Part shown: positions 27,561 through 37,437 of the stretch, piece by piece
Layout of the letters: the number at the start of each line of letters is the position of its first letter
Position numbering within the stretch: the first letter of the stretch is position 1
Source of the DNA: a virus
Lineage: Duplodnaviria; Heunggongvirae; Uroviricota; Caudoviricetes
Length of the DNA: 64,000 bases
Reading direction: 5' to 3' (one strand)
Virus record (IMG/VR): IMGVR_UViG_3300037261_000110
Notes under the pieces: generated by a model
The model's database searches: none
Seen by the model: the letters and a program-made list of their open reading frames with translations, nothing else
Told to the model about the DNA's origin: nothing
Position numbers and translations under genes: made by a program

Positions 27561-28780
27561 TATAAACCTGATTGAATTTGAGGAGTGAACGGTTCGCCGC
27601 GAAAGTGAATTACGTTGTTGAATTTGTGAAAGCACTGCTTGATTGTCTTATCACAACCTGGATATATGACACCGGTATCTCCTGTAGCAAGCTTGAAAGG
27701 AGTAGGAACGAACGTTTGAATTTGCTTGATTTTTTGAGTGTTGTTGGCAACAGTCATTACAACATTTTTGTTGAACCCGCTTGTAAATTGTAGGACGCCA
27801 TATGCGTACCATTTGTCGGGTTGATCAGACAATTCTAAGGTTGTGAACTTTTGTCCGTTCTGTATTTGATCGACTGTGAAGGTTCTCTTGTCCGGCTCAA
27901 GATTGAACAAACAGCGATAATCACCTAGCTGAGCACGGCAGTACAATCCGTAAGCTTCTATGTTGATGTAGATGGTGTTGGTAAACAGCCCAATGATGCT
28001 TATTTCCACCTTACCTAAATCGTCATATTTGATTTCACCTATTTGTCCGCCAAATATGATGATAGCTCCATTATCAGGATTTTCGTAATCGCATATCTTA
28101 AGACGACTGACTGCCTGATCAAAGTATCCTCCGTCAATACGATCTGCGGTGATTTCTCCGCCCAATGTGGTACTGATAGTCACGCCTTGCGTGAGTGAGT
28201 TTGCTGCCGAAACGACTGCCGACGCGCTGAAGCCGATCTCATTGCCATAGCGATTAGGAGCGCCACCACCGGTCAAGGTTGAGTGATCCCAGGTGGCACC
28301 GGTACCCGAACTAACCGTTATTCCGTTTCCGCCTACGCCGCCAACAATAGCTGTAACTACCATCACAGTAGCCGCGCCCGGTATGGCGGATGATTGTTCT
28401 GAGGCAACAACGTCTGCGTTTTTAACCGTACCAGCACCGAATGTCATGATCCCAGGCTGGGCTCCCGAGGCATTGATAGCGTTAATCAGATTATGACGAC
28501 TTCCACCGATATTTGATGTAGCATAAACCTTGTCAGGCGCATCGGCCTTGTCAGTGGTGAATGTGTAGGTATGCCCGTTAATTGTCACAGTTTCCGTATT
28601 TTTCGGAGGGTTTTTGAACGTAAGAATCGCCTCTGCATTTTGATCGTTGAAGATGATAGCATTATCCGCATCAGTAAATCGGATTATAGTTCCACCAACC
28701 GGTGCGATTGACCACAATCGAGCAAAGGTTCCTACTTCGTTAGGGAGCGTAGCATTGATTCCAGTGTCACCGGCTCTCAT
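27560..28780 (-). CDS. Baseplate hub protein (TIGR02218 / DUF2163-BR0599 type) with inserted domain
   Basis: IRFTDAD, CRAQLGDYRC, PGCDKT...C..KFNNVIHFRGEPFTP. Confidence 0.9.
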   Translation of the reverse strand: MRAGDTGINATLPNEVGTFARLWSIAPVGGTIIRFTDADNAIIFNDQNAEAILTFKNPPKNTETVTINGHTYTFTTDKADAPDKVYATSNIGGSRHNLINAINASGAQPGIMTFGAGTVKNADVVASEQSSAIPGAATVMVVTAIVGGVGGNGITVSSGTGATWDHSTLTGGGAPNRYGNEIGFSASAVVSAANSLTQGVTISTTLGGEITADRIDGGYFDQAVSRLKICDYENPDNGAIIIFGGQIGEIKYDDLGKVEISIIGLFTNTIYINIEAYGLYCRAQLGDYRCLFNLEPDKRTFTVDQIQNGQKFTTLELSDQPDKWYAYGVLQFTSGFNKNVVMTVANNTQKIKQIQTFVPTPFKLATGDTGVIYPGCDKTIKQCFHKFNNVIHFRGEPFTPQIQSGL

Positions 28781-28786
28781 TTCCAG

Positions 28787-28942
28787 TTATCCCTTCCACT
28801 TCATCCCTTTTGGTAATTTCATGTTCATTCTTTTCCTCCCCTTGGGAGCTTTGAATGCCAAAGTTCCCTTTGATCTTGTGCCAGTGGTGCTTTTTTTCGA
28901 CGACTTGAATGTTATTGGCGTCGCGCTTTTAGATGATCTCAT
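28787..28942 (-). CDS. Lys-rich micro-protein (51 aa)
   Basis: MRSSKSATPITFKSSKKSTTGTRSKGTLAFKAPKGRKRMNMKLPKGMKWKG; TAATG overlap with the DUF2460 stop. Confidence 0.55.
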   Translation of the reverse strand: MRSSKSATPITFKSSKKSTTGTRSKGTLAFKAPKGRKRMNMKLPKGMKWKG

Positions 28943-30699
28943 TATACATCCTCCCCCTCACGCAGCTCTCGAACGATGATAGAATCGACCGCGCCGGCAT
29001 CTACCCAATCCAGAACAAGTGTTATCTTATCAGCATCAAAACGCGCTGGAATGTCGTACTCGAAATCAGCGGTTATGATATGGGTAGCTAACGGAACGTG
29101 TCCTGTGTTAAATGCCACAATACCAGTCGTGTAGTCTACGGCGTAAGTCGCAGGATCAATAGGTGTTGCATTGTCGTACAGAACGACCGTACCAGTAACC
29201 GGACGAGTGATCTTTCGAACAAACGGTAAGATGGCATCAGCATAAACCTTAGTCAACTGAAACGGGTTGAGACCGCTTCCTGCGTCGCCCGCGTTTGCAC
29301 CACCGGTAAGTGTCGCGTGATCCCAAGTCCCGACGAGCGAAGCAAGAGTCAGAGCGTTGCCAGCGACGCCAGCAGTTCTAGCCGTCGCTATGAAATTGGT
29401 AGTCGTGGTCGTTGAGGCAGATATTGTCGGATGCACGACTGTTCCGACACCGTATGTTGTAACACCAGGAGTTCCGGTAGCGTTGACGGCATCAATGAGG
29501 TTTTGTATCGTCGCTACTGTTGTACCGGCGATGTGAACCGCGTATGGAACACTGGCACTTCCTGCAACGAATGTATAAACCTGTCCATTGAGAGTGACAG
29601 TGTTCGTATCAACGATTGGTCCAGCGGAGCCTCCTGAAAGGGGTGAGTGATCCCAGGAGCCATCGATCGTTTTACTTACCGCGATTGAGTTGCCAGCGAC
29701 ACCAGCTGTCTTAGCTGTAGCCACCATTGTATTTCCTGGTCCGACCGATCCAGCGACAGTCGGATGTACAACTGTTCCTGTCCCATATGTTAAGAGTCCC
29801 GGAGTTCCAGTACCATTTATTGCGTCAATCAAATTCTGTCTAGTTGATGGTATGTCACCGCCAATAACGTGAACTTCGTAGGCAGCGGTCGTATTCCCAA
29901 CTACGAACTCATACGCCTGTCCGTCGATCGTGACGGTAGTTCCATCAGCCGGTTCATCCACACCACCGGTAAGCGTTGAGTGATTCCAAGAACCAGCTCC
30001 ACCAATGTTCGTAGTCGTAGTTATTGCATTGCCCGAGACACCAGCTATTATAGCCGTTGCAACGATAGTGCTTCCAGCTCCGGCTGAAGCAGATACGGTC
30101 GGATGTGCAATTGTCCCAACACCATATGTCGTTAAACCCGGAGTCGCCGTCGCGTTTATTGCGTTGATAAGATTGTCAATTGTTATTGCAGCGCTAACAC
30201 CAATTTTGACTTTATACGCCGCATCAGCATTGCCGGTAGTAAATGTATAAATTGACCCGTCGATCACTACCGTCTTTGAATTGGCTGGATTAGAATCAAT
30301 TTCTAGGACGGCTGTTGCGGCTACAGACGGTATAAAAGTCAAAGACGCCGTTGCCGAACCACCGGGAGCATAGGTGAGAGTTCCTACTGCCGCTTTTGAA
30401 ACTGCGGTTCCAGTTCCAAGCACTTGCCCAACGGCAGTGTAATCTGACCAATCCTTGAAGCGAAAACCAAACGCGCGTCCACTGCGTGCATAGAAGAAGC
30501 TGAGTACCAGTTGATAGTCCTCTTGATCTCGAATGCCGTACATAATGTCCCAGGTCGCACGTGGAAGCGCCCAACGCTTGTTGCGCTGCTCTCGACCGGA
30601 AGTCATCATGATAACCGTCGTATTGAACTCTGGTCCGCCTTTCGAACCAGCTTCAATATATTCCGGCAATCGAGTGTCGTGGAACTGAGAAGTAACCAT
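28942..30699 (-). CDS. Distal tail protein (DUF2460 / TIGR02217) with ~370-aa insertion
   Basis: FHD.RLP...GGPEFNT....SGREQRN.RW, FF.AR.GRA.GFRFKDWSD, FQLTKVY, ADFEYDIPARFD. Confidence 0.92.
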   Translation of the reverse strand: MVTSQFHDTRLPEYIEAGSKGGPEFNTTVIMMTSGREQRNKRWALPRATWDIMYGIRDQEDYQLVLSFFYARSGRAFGFRFKDWSDYTAVGQVLGTGTAVSKAAVGTLTYAPGGSATASLTFIPSVAATAVLEIDSNPANSKTVVIDGSIYTFTTGNADAAYKVKIGVSAAITIDNLINAINATATPGLTTYGVGTIAHPTVSASAGAGSTIVATAIIAGVSGNAITTTTNIGGAGSWNHSTLTGGVDEPADGTTVTIDGQAYEFVVGNTTAAYEVHVIGGDIPSTRQNLIDAINGTGTPGLLTYGTGTVVHPTVAGSVGPGNTMVATAKTAGVAGNSIAVSKTIDGSWDHSPLSGGSAGPIVDTNTVTLNGQVYTFVAGSASVPYAVHIAGTTVATIQNLIDAVNATGTPGVTTYGVGTVVHPTISASTTTTTNFIATARTAGVAGNALTLASLVGTWDHATLTGGANAGDAGSGLNPFQLTKVYADAILPFVRKITRPVTGTVVLYDNATPIDPATYAVDYTTGIVAFNTGHVPLATHIITADFEYDIPARFDADKITLVLDWVDAGAVDSIIVRELREGEDV

Positions 30700-33600
30700 T
30701 ATTGCGCCTTTGCAGCGTTTGAAACGGCCTTCGCAAGACGAGCCATTATCTGCTTTTCAGAACGACGGAACGAATTAGCATCAGTTACGCCATTGATATG
30801 CATGACGATGCCTCCTCCACCGCCACCACCACCGCCACCACCGTCGCCATAGCGGACGTTTGACGGACGACTGACGTTAACTCTCTCGCCCGGTGACGCA
30901 CGGAAGTTGACCAACTGAGAATCGGGTCCACCGAAACCACCAACGTCGAACGCACCGCCAGTTGCGTAACCCAGTGGTGAGTTGTAATTTACGTTACCCA
31001 CACCAGTGTTAACGTCTATATACGGAACTGGATTCTGCGGACTATAGTTATAATTCGTTGAATACGAACCAGTCCCGTACGACCCGCCATTAGCAAGTGG
31101 GCTACCATCACCGGCAGTGCTACCATTACTATTGCTGCTACCACCACCGCCGGACGGTAAAAAACCAGACCCGTTGCCACTGACCGGAGTATTACCAAGA
31201 TCGGTAACTGTAAAGCCAGGAGAGTCCGGTATGTTAAAACCGTACATCATATTTTGAGGTACAATATGACCGTCGACCAGCTCGTACTGATAATCCGCGC
31301 TCGTGTTGGTCTTGCTGTTCCACCAACTACTTTGTCCAATAGTTTTCCCTCCTGTTAGTTGGTTAATTTGGGCTGGCGTCAGTGACATACCACTGAGCCA
31401 TTGGTCATAAGTCAGCGTAGCCGTTAGTTTTTCAACTACACGCCCAAGAGAATCCAATGTGTATGTATATTCGTTCTGATATGGAGCACTTGGATCAGGT
31501 TTAACTTGATTTCCTGTGCTTGGATCAAAACCACCCAACCCACTATCTATCGGAGAATCAACAATCGCAAAACCAAGCTTTTTAATAGTGGCTAAAATCA
31601 ACGGGTCTACATTCGTTACCAGCGAACTGGTATCAGCCGCTTGTGCAGTTGCAACCGCATTACTGAACGGACCCTTGATATCGCTATCCAGAGCTGAGCC
31701 ATAAACCGCAGCAATAAATGATTCAGCCCAAGGATACAAGTTCTCTAAGCTGCGAACATTTTCAAAGTACGGATAGAGCCCATTAGACTTTGCAGCTATA
31801 CCTACCTGTCCAGACGGGCCTTTTGTTTTATATTCGCTCCAATCCATCGAACCCATCTTCAAAATAGCATTGACCAATGTCACCTGATCGGTTGTCATCT
31901 GTCCGGCTTTCACCGCTGCCGCAAGAGTTGGCTGATATGCATCAGCATATGTCTGAATTGTTGTATCGTAAGCCTTTGGAAAATCAGCGCTCGGAGGAGG
32001 AAGAATTGCCATGTCATTCTTCGTAGCCGCTACTCCCGCAGAAGTAGGACCTAGTTGATATCCGCCTCTCTGATAACCGAACTGACTGCCGGATGAATTA
32101 GGCATAAAACCTTCAACGCCAGCCTCTCCGACCAGAGTCGGTGTTCCAGCCGGGACAGCGCCGCCAGTAGCACGATGTAGCATTGCATTCGTCTGAGAGT
32201 TGTTGAAAACATAGCCGGGCTGGCTCGTGACGATAATTTCTGGTCCTTGCTCTCCGACAAGGACCGGTCCTGGTGAAGTAAACCCGCCTGAAGCTTTCGC
32301 CGGGATTGCTCCTGTGCCACTAGGCAGAGAACCGGCAGGAAGACCAGCATCGCTCATGACCTTGGCGAGTTCTTTCGTCTTGTCAATAATAGCTTGAAGG
32401 TCTTTTATCGCCGCCGATGAATAGTTATCCATTGTCGACGTAGCTTTGTCAAGGGTTACGCCGTCGAGATTTTTAATCTCTGTTTCTGCGTCCTTTGTGT
32501 CTGGTGTGACTGCTCCTTTGAATTTGTCATCTGTTGCCTGAGCCAGTAAGTCAACAGCGGTAGTAAGAGGGGCAAAATTGATACCAGTTGCCATATTTTT
32601 CAAAGCGTCAGAAGTTTGTACTATCGGGTCCTTAACTGCTTTCGCCTTGTCGCCCATTTCCCCCAACGACTTCACATTGCCGTCGAGAGCACCTTGGAAG
32701 CCAGTAGAAAACTTCGAAGCATCAGTCATGTCGTTAGTGAAATCTTGAAGATTTTTAGTTGGTTGCGCACCGGCAGCTGCTATTGCATCAAACGCCTGCT
32801 TAATAATGTCTTTCGTCTTTGTAGCATCACCACCTGCGGCGGCTATCTTGTCTTTGAATGTTTGTGCAAACGTGTCAACCCCATCCGCCGCATCTTTCAT
32901 GCTCGCCGCCATCGCACTGCTGACCTGTTTACCAGCTGGTACGGCTGCTTGCAAATCTTCGATAAGTTTACCCTTTAGCGCGGCAGACATCTTATCGATC
33001 GAACTGGTGGCGTCATCCATGCGAATACTGTTAACGTCCTTGCCTCCCGCTACCATTGCCTTCGCAGCGTCGGCACCGGCATACAGAGCGTCCTTAAGCA
33101 ACTTCACATTATCGATCCACTTAGGGTCAACGGGATCGGCACCAGCGGATGTATCGGTTGCTGCTGGCGCACTCTTTGCTGCTTGCTTATCTTCCTTTGC
33201 CTGTAGCTTGTCGCGTATCGATTGGATTTTGTCATCTTTCTTCTGCTCGTCATCAACTGCTTTGTTTGCAGCTTTTTGACTGTTCGCAGCCGACTTGTCA
33301 TATGCCGCGTTTTCCCTCGCAGTTTTAGCATCGAGCGCTTTAGCAGCTACATCGTATCCCTTCGTTTCTGCATCAGCTTTCTTTTGTGCAGCCTCAGACG
33401 ACTTTGCAACAGATTGATCGTCTGCTAATTTTTGTTTATCTGCCGCCTTCTGAGCTGCTGAAACACTTTTACCACCAGCAGTATCCGCCGCAACAGCTGC
33501 CTTATCAGCTGCTATTTGTGCAGCATCACCACGCTTCTTATACCCTTCAGAAATTTTTGCGGTCGCATTATCGTGAGCGATTACTTCTGCATCCGAAGCG

Positions 33601-36389
33601 GCACGAGCCTTAGCAGCCATTGTGTCATGCATTTTCGTATTAGCATCGAGTTGTTTCGCGTATGCTTTTGCTGCATTGTCGGCTGTTTTGTTGTCTATTG
33701 CTTGTATCTGGTCGCTAGCCTTCTGAGCCGCAGCCACTATTTTCGCTTGAGCCTTGTCCATGACAGATGAAGCGACAGTGATGGAATTGTTTCCATTGTC
33801 CGTAACCGAAGCACCCCCGGCGCTAGTTGGGGTTGATCCGCTTTGCTCTTGCACAGTTTTTTCGTCTTGCAATGCTTTCGATAGCTTTTGAACGGAACTG
33901 GCAGCGGCATCGCTAGAATCAACTATCGTCTTGTTTCCTTTAGCAGCATCCTCCGCAGCCGTATTGTAACCAAGAAGCTCTGTGCGGATGTACTTGATGG
34001 CATCACCGATAAGCGGAATCTTTTCGATCCAGGTCAATGCCGTGTCGAAGATAATACGCATTCCCTGCCAGAAATCGCTCCAAGACTTTCCGGTAGCCAA
34101 TAGTACAGCCTGAACGCCAATAAAGAAAACGACGAGAGGCATACGAATGACGGAACTAACGAGAGTAATCAGTCCTCTCATGGCAACCATAAGACCGCCT
34201 GTAATCGCGGAACCGATCGCCTTAAATACACCAGAAAGTCCTTCGACTGCGTAAAGCTCGCGCAAGGCAATTGCAGCTGCTTTGGAGGTTGTAGCCAAAT
34301 TACTAAAAGCGTTCGCGATATTTGTAATGGTTGACGCAACATTTGCGGCAACCATATCCCACAATGCTTTAGCCGCAGTGCTAATCATCTTTGCAGCGCC
34401 ATCAGCATTGGTTGCAAGTGTCCATACTCCCTTAGCTATATTGGTGATGACATCTACGACCGAACCAACGGCGAGACCAGCAATCGCACCTGCGGTTTTT
34501 GTTACTGCCGGTGCAACCTGAACAAACGCCAGAGTAAAATCTTTGACATAGCTAATGACACTACCGAACGACTGAGCAATAGCTAGGATTGCTTTTGCGC
34601 CTTTTATAGCAAGATAGGCTTCGAGAACATCTGCAAGGACTTTAGCATTGTCACCGATGAACATGAAAACTGACTTCGCACCGTCGAACAACGTCTTCAA
34701 TGCACTACCAATGTTATCGGCAATCTTTTGCCACTTTTCGCTCAGTACAGGCAGACCAGAAGCTTGATCTATTACGTATTTTTGATCTTTTCCAACTACC
34801 AGCATGTCATTGGCTAGAGCAGTTAAATCTTGTCCAAGAGCCTTCATAGGACCAGAACCACCAGTACCAATGGTTTCTAGCATAACCTGCCAAGCTGCTT
34901 GTAGTTTTCCCACGCCTACCGACGCGCGATCAAGAGCCGCAGGTAGGCCGCTTCCGTATTCAGCAGCTAATCCTTTAGCAAATCCGATAAGTGTGTTTGC
35001 TCCAACTTCATTGTTCTTAACCATCTCCGCCAATTTATCTGTGCTTACACCAAGAGACTTAGCATAAATAGCGATAGCGCCAGGAAGTTCAGTTGCCATC
35101 TGGCGACGTAGCTGTTGACCGCTGACGTAGCCACGGTTCATAACCTGCTCAAAAGAATTCCAAACGTTTTCTGCTTGACGACTGTTTAGACCAAGAACTA
35201 CCAAGCTATCTGATAAGTCTTTGACCATGCCGTTAATATTTTCGATTGATATGTTATTTTCTTTGGCAGAGGCATAAAATCTCGCCATTGAATCTTGAGA
35301 TTCATTAGTTGCCAAGCCGAGTCGAAGAATAGTATTCTCCATAACTCCCATTTCAGTCGTAGCTTCTTGACTGTCTTTTGAAACTGCATGCATAACGGCG
35401 GAAAAATGCTGAAATTGATTAGCTGCGTTGTAGATGCCTTCGCCGATCTTCAGGACACCCTCACCGGTCAAGACAGCGAAGAAGGCTTTAACCATTGGAA
35501 TATTGGCGCTCATTGTTGAGCCGAGCGTGCCTACCTCGGTGCTTGCACCTTTAATGCCATTGGAAAGAGCACCAGCACCACCAGCGCCTCCTACCGCAGC
35601 CAGTTCAGTGCCTAGAGCCTTTGCTTCATCAGCGGTTAGAGCCATCTGAGTCTGCAAAGCCTTAAGCTCACCAGTAATACCAGCGAATCCGGAACCACTT
35701 GCAGAACCAACGGTACCAAGCTCAGTGCCGAGAATCTTTGCTTCATCAACGGTTGCAACCATCTTAGCCTGCAAAGTGGTAAGCTCGCCAGTAATACCAG
35801 CAAGACCCTTGCCGCTCGTAGAACCAATGGTATTTAGCTCAGTGCCGAGTACCTTGCCGGCATCAGCGGTTGCAGTCATTTTTCCTTGTAAAGTGGTAAG
35901 TTCGCCGCTCAAACCGGCAAGTCGAGAACCGCCCGCAGAACCAATGGTATTTAACTCAGTGCCAAGTACCTTACCGGCATCAGCGGTTGCAGTCATTTTT
36001 CCTTGCAAGGTAGAAAGTTCGGTACTCAAACCGGAAAGTTTAGAGCCACTTGATGTACCAATGGTATTCAGTTCAGTGGCGAGCACCTTAGCAGCATCCG
36101 CTACCGCAGTCATCTTTGCAGATAGTGCAGTTAGTTCACTGGTAATGGCGGAAAAACTTGGAGCCTTCAAAGATTCGAGCGCAGCGTTGAGCGCTTCGAT
36201 TTGAGAAATCGCCGTCTTTACGCCTGGAAGGTTGAAGGCAGTATTGACGGTTTGCATTGACTTTTCAGCAGAACCGCTTAGCCCTGATAGAGCTGACTGT
36301 ATAGAGGCAATAGCAGAGGATATCTCGGATGCGCCAGTCTTAGCGCCCGAAGCATCAATTGTAAAACTAACGCCCGCTGAAGTTGCCAT
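30699..36389 (-). CDS. Tape measure protein
   Basis: 1896 aa, Ala/Lys-rich; QLRRQMATELPGA TMP motif; C-terminal ATGG / GE.GPE motifs; follows the chaperone genes. Confidence 0.93.
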   Translation of the reverse strand: MATSAGVSFTIDASGAKTGASEISSAIASIQSALSGLSGSAEKSMQTVNTAFNLPGVKTAISQIEALNAALESLKAPSFSAITSELTALSAKMTAVADAAKVLATELNTIGTSSGSKLSGLSTELSTLQGKMTATADAGKVLGTELNTIGSAGGSRLAGLSGELTTLQGKMTATADAGKVLGTELNTIGSTSGKGLAGITGELTTLQAKMVATVDEAKILGTELGTVGSASGSGFAGITGELKALQTQMALTADEAKALGTELAAVGGAGGAGALSNGIKGASTEVGTLGSTMSANIPMVKAFFAVLTGEGVLKIGEGIYNAANQFQHFSAVMHAVSKDSQEATTEMGVMENTILRLGLATNESQDSMARFYASAKENNISIENINGMVKDLSDSLVVLGLNSRQAENVWNSFEQVMNRGYVSGQQLRRQMATELPGAIAIYAKSLGVSTDKLAEMVKNNEVGANTLIGFAKGLAAEYGSGLPAALDRASVGVGKLQAAWQVMLETIGTGGSGPMKALGQDLTALANDMLVVGKDQKYVIDQASGLPVLSEKWQKIADNIGSALKTLFDGAKSVFMFIGDNAKVLADVLEAYLAIKGAKAILAIAQSFGSVISYVKDFTLAFVQVAPAVTKTAGAIAGLAVGSVVDVITNIAKGVWTLATNADGAAKMISTAAKALWDMVAANVASTITNIANAFSNLATTSKAAAIALRELYAVEGLSGVFKAIGSAITGGLMVAMRGLITLVSSVIRMPLVVFFIGVQAVLLATGKSWSDFWQGMRIIFDTALTWIEKIPLIGDAIKYIRTELLGYNTAAEDAAKGNKTIVDSSDAAASSVQKLSKALQDEKTVQEQSGSTPTSAGGASVTDNGNNSITVASSVMDKAQAKIVAAAQKASDQIQAIDNKTADNAAKAYAKQLDANTKMHDTMAAKARAASDAEVIAHDNATAKISEGYKKRGDAAQIAADKAAVAADTAGGKSVSAAQKAADKQKLADDQSVAKSSEAAQKKADAETKGYDVAAKALDAKTARENAAYDKSAANSQKAANKAVDDEQKKDDKIQSIRDKLQAKEDKQAAKSAPAATDTSAGADPVDPKWIDNVKLLKDALYAGADAAKAMVAGGKDVNSIRMDDATSSIDKMSAALKGKLIEDLQAAVPAGKQVSSAMAASMKDAADGVDTFAQTFKDKIAAAGGDATKTKDIIKQAFDAIAAAGAQPTKNLQDFTNDMTDASKFSTGFQGALDGNVKSLGEMGDKAKAVKDPIVQTSDALKNMATGINFAPLTTAVDLLAQATDDKFKGAVTPDTKDAETEIKNLDGVTLDKATSTMDNYSSAAIKDLQAIIDKTKELAKVMSDAGLPAGSLPSGTGAIPAKASGGFTSPGPVLVGEQGPEIIVTSQPGYVFNNSQTNAMLHRATGGAVPAGTPTLVGEAGVEGFMPNSSGSQFGYQRGGYQLGPTSAGVAATKNDMAILPPPSADFPKAYDTTIQTYADAYQPTLAAAVKAGQMTTDQVTLVNAILKMGSMDWSEYKTKGPSGQVGIAAKSNGLYPYFENVRSLENLYPWAESFIAAVYGSALDSDIKGPFSNAVATAQAADTSSLVTNVDPLILATIKKLGFAIVDSPIDSGLGGFDPSTGNQVKPDPSAPYQNEYTYTLDSLGRVVEKLTATLTYDQWLSGMSLTPAQINQLTGGKTIGQSSWWNSKTNTSADYQYELVDGHIVPQNMMYGFNIPDSPGFTVTDLGNTPVSGNGSGFLPSGGGGSSNSNGSTAGDGSPLANGGSYGTGSYSTNYNYSPQNPVPYIDVNTGVGNVNYNSPLGYATGGAFDVGGFGGPDSQLVNFRASPGERVNVSRPSNVRYGDGGGGGGGGGGGIVMHINGVTDANSFRRSEKQIMARLAKAVSNAAKAQ
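35585..36165 (-). repeat. Five tandem 117-nt (39-aa) repeats in the tape measure N-terminus
   Basis: Near-identical units at 35839 and 35956 (offset 117); consensus L.G...EL..LQ.KM.AT.D..K.LGTEL.T.G. Confidence 0.9.
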
Positions 36390-36727
36390 TATTTTCCACG
36401 ATTACGTTTCGAGTCTTCGATTTTACGCTTTGCAAAAGCGTCCTCTATCAACACGTCGTCGAGAGTTATTACAGTCTGAAGAAGTAACTCGATATCATCT
36501 TCATTGGATATACGACGTAGCTGACAAAAAGCAAGAATCTCGGAAATAGTTGTGCTTTCCGGGAGACCATTAGATGAAAATTGTCGGGCAGAAGAAAGAA
36601 TGTTGTAGGCATCCCACAGCCAAACAACATCCTCATACATCTCCGGAGCCGGAGCCATTCTCTTGGACTTGATGCCTTTTTCCTCAAGTGACTTGAACCA
36701 CTCTCTGTCCTTCTTAGAGTATTTCAA
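36389..36727 (-). CDS. Tail assembly chaperone, T (post-frameshift) segment
   Basis: In the -1 frame of the upstream gene; no stop between slippery site and ORF. Confidence 0.8.
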   Translation of the reverse strand: MKYSKKDREWFKSLEEKGIKSKRMAPAPEMYEDVVWLWDAYNILSSARQFSSNGLPESTTISEILAFCQLRRISNEDDIELLLQTVITLDDVLIEDAFAKRKIEDSKRNRGK

Positions 36728-36747
36728 ATGGTACTTAAGGAATTCGG

Positions 36748-37167
36748 TTAGTTTTTTAAGCCTTCCTCGTCCTGCTCAGGCTTGAACGTCTCGATCTCGA
36801 TCGCAAGAGAAAAGATCGTATCGCGAAGCTCGGGAAGAGCCGTAAGTAGCTCTACCTTGTTATCGTAGGTGCAAGGAAGCTCGTTGTCGCCGGCCTTAAC
36901 ACCCTTCCAATCGACAATGACGCCCTTCGCCATTTGCTTGATAAGGATTTCCAGGCTGGTAGCGTCAGGTAGTTCCTGTCCGCGACGAGTGAGGCCGATA
37001 TACGGCTTCATGAATTCAGTGCGAGCCTTCTGGCTGACTACACTCTTGAAGCGACGAAGCTTGACGGAGATTTCTTTGGTGAGCGGGAACCAAGTTCCAT
37101 TTTCCGCCTTGTCTTCGTCGATAGCGAACGCAGTAGCGATGTTGAGAGTCGATAGATCGAGTGACAT
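36748..37167 (-). CDS. Tail assembly chaperone G
   Basis: 139 aa between major tail and TMP; ENGTWF, IVDWKGV. Confidence 0.85.
   Translation of the reverse strand: MSLDLSTLNIATAFAIDEDKAENGTWFPLTKEISVKLRRFKSVVSQKARTEFMKPYIGLTRRGQELPDATSLEILIKQMAKGVIVDWKGVKAGDNELPCTYDNKVELLTALPELRDTIFSLAIEIETFKPEQDEEGLKN
36751..36757 (-). other. -1 programmed ribosomal frameshift site A-AAA-AAC
   Basis: TTA AAA AAC TAA at the end of the G gene; -1 frame reads LTEFLKYHLKYSKKDREW. Confidence 0.85.
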
Positions 37168-37370
37168 TTTTTACTCTTCTAGTTGGTTGTTGTCGAGCAC
37201 GCCGGGTGGAGTGCAAGGTAGCCGAAGAGGATTATGAACTACACCAGCTCTTCGGGTCTGGCGTCTTGAAATGATATCAGGGAGATTTGTCAGGCGAGGG
37301 AGAACTATCTGTTCTCTTACCTACACCTATTGGACAAGTTTTCATGTCGGGTAACACTGTTAGAGAAAGG

Positions 37371-37414
37371 AGCGAAGCGACTAAGTGACCCGACAACACT
37401 TAGCACGCTTCGCT
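37371..37414 (-). terminator. Long hairpin (terminator/attenuator) downstream of the major tail gene
   Basis: AGCGAAGCG..CTAAGTG-loop-CACTTAG.CGCTTCGCT followed by CCTTTCTCT. Confidence 0.55.
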
Positions 37415-37437
37415 GATCCCGTCAAGCGGGATTTTAG

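Noticed and set aside
35585-36165. Regular repeats as a possible CRISPR or TIGR-like array
   Set aside because: In-frame coding repeats (117 nt, multiple of 3) without unique spacers; no array or cas/tas gene seen anywhere in the window.
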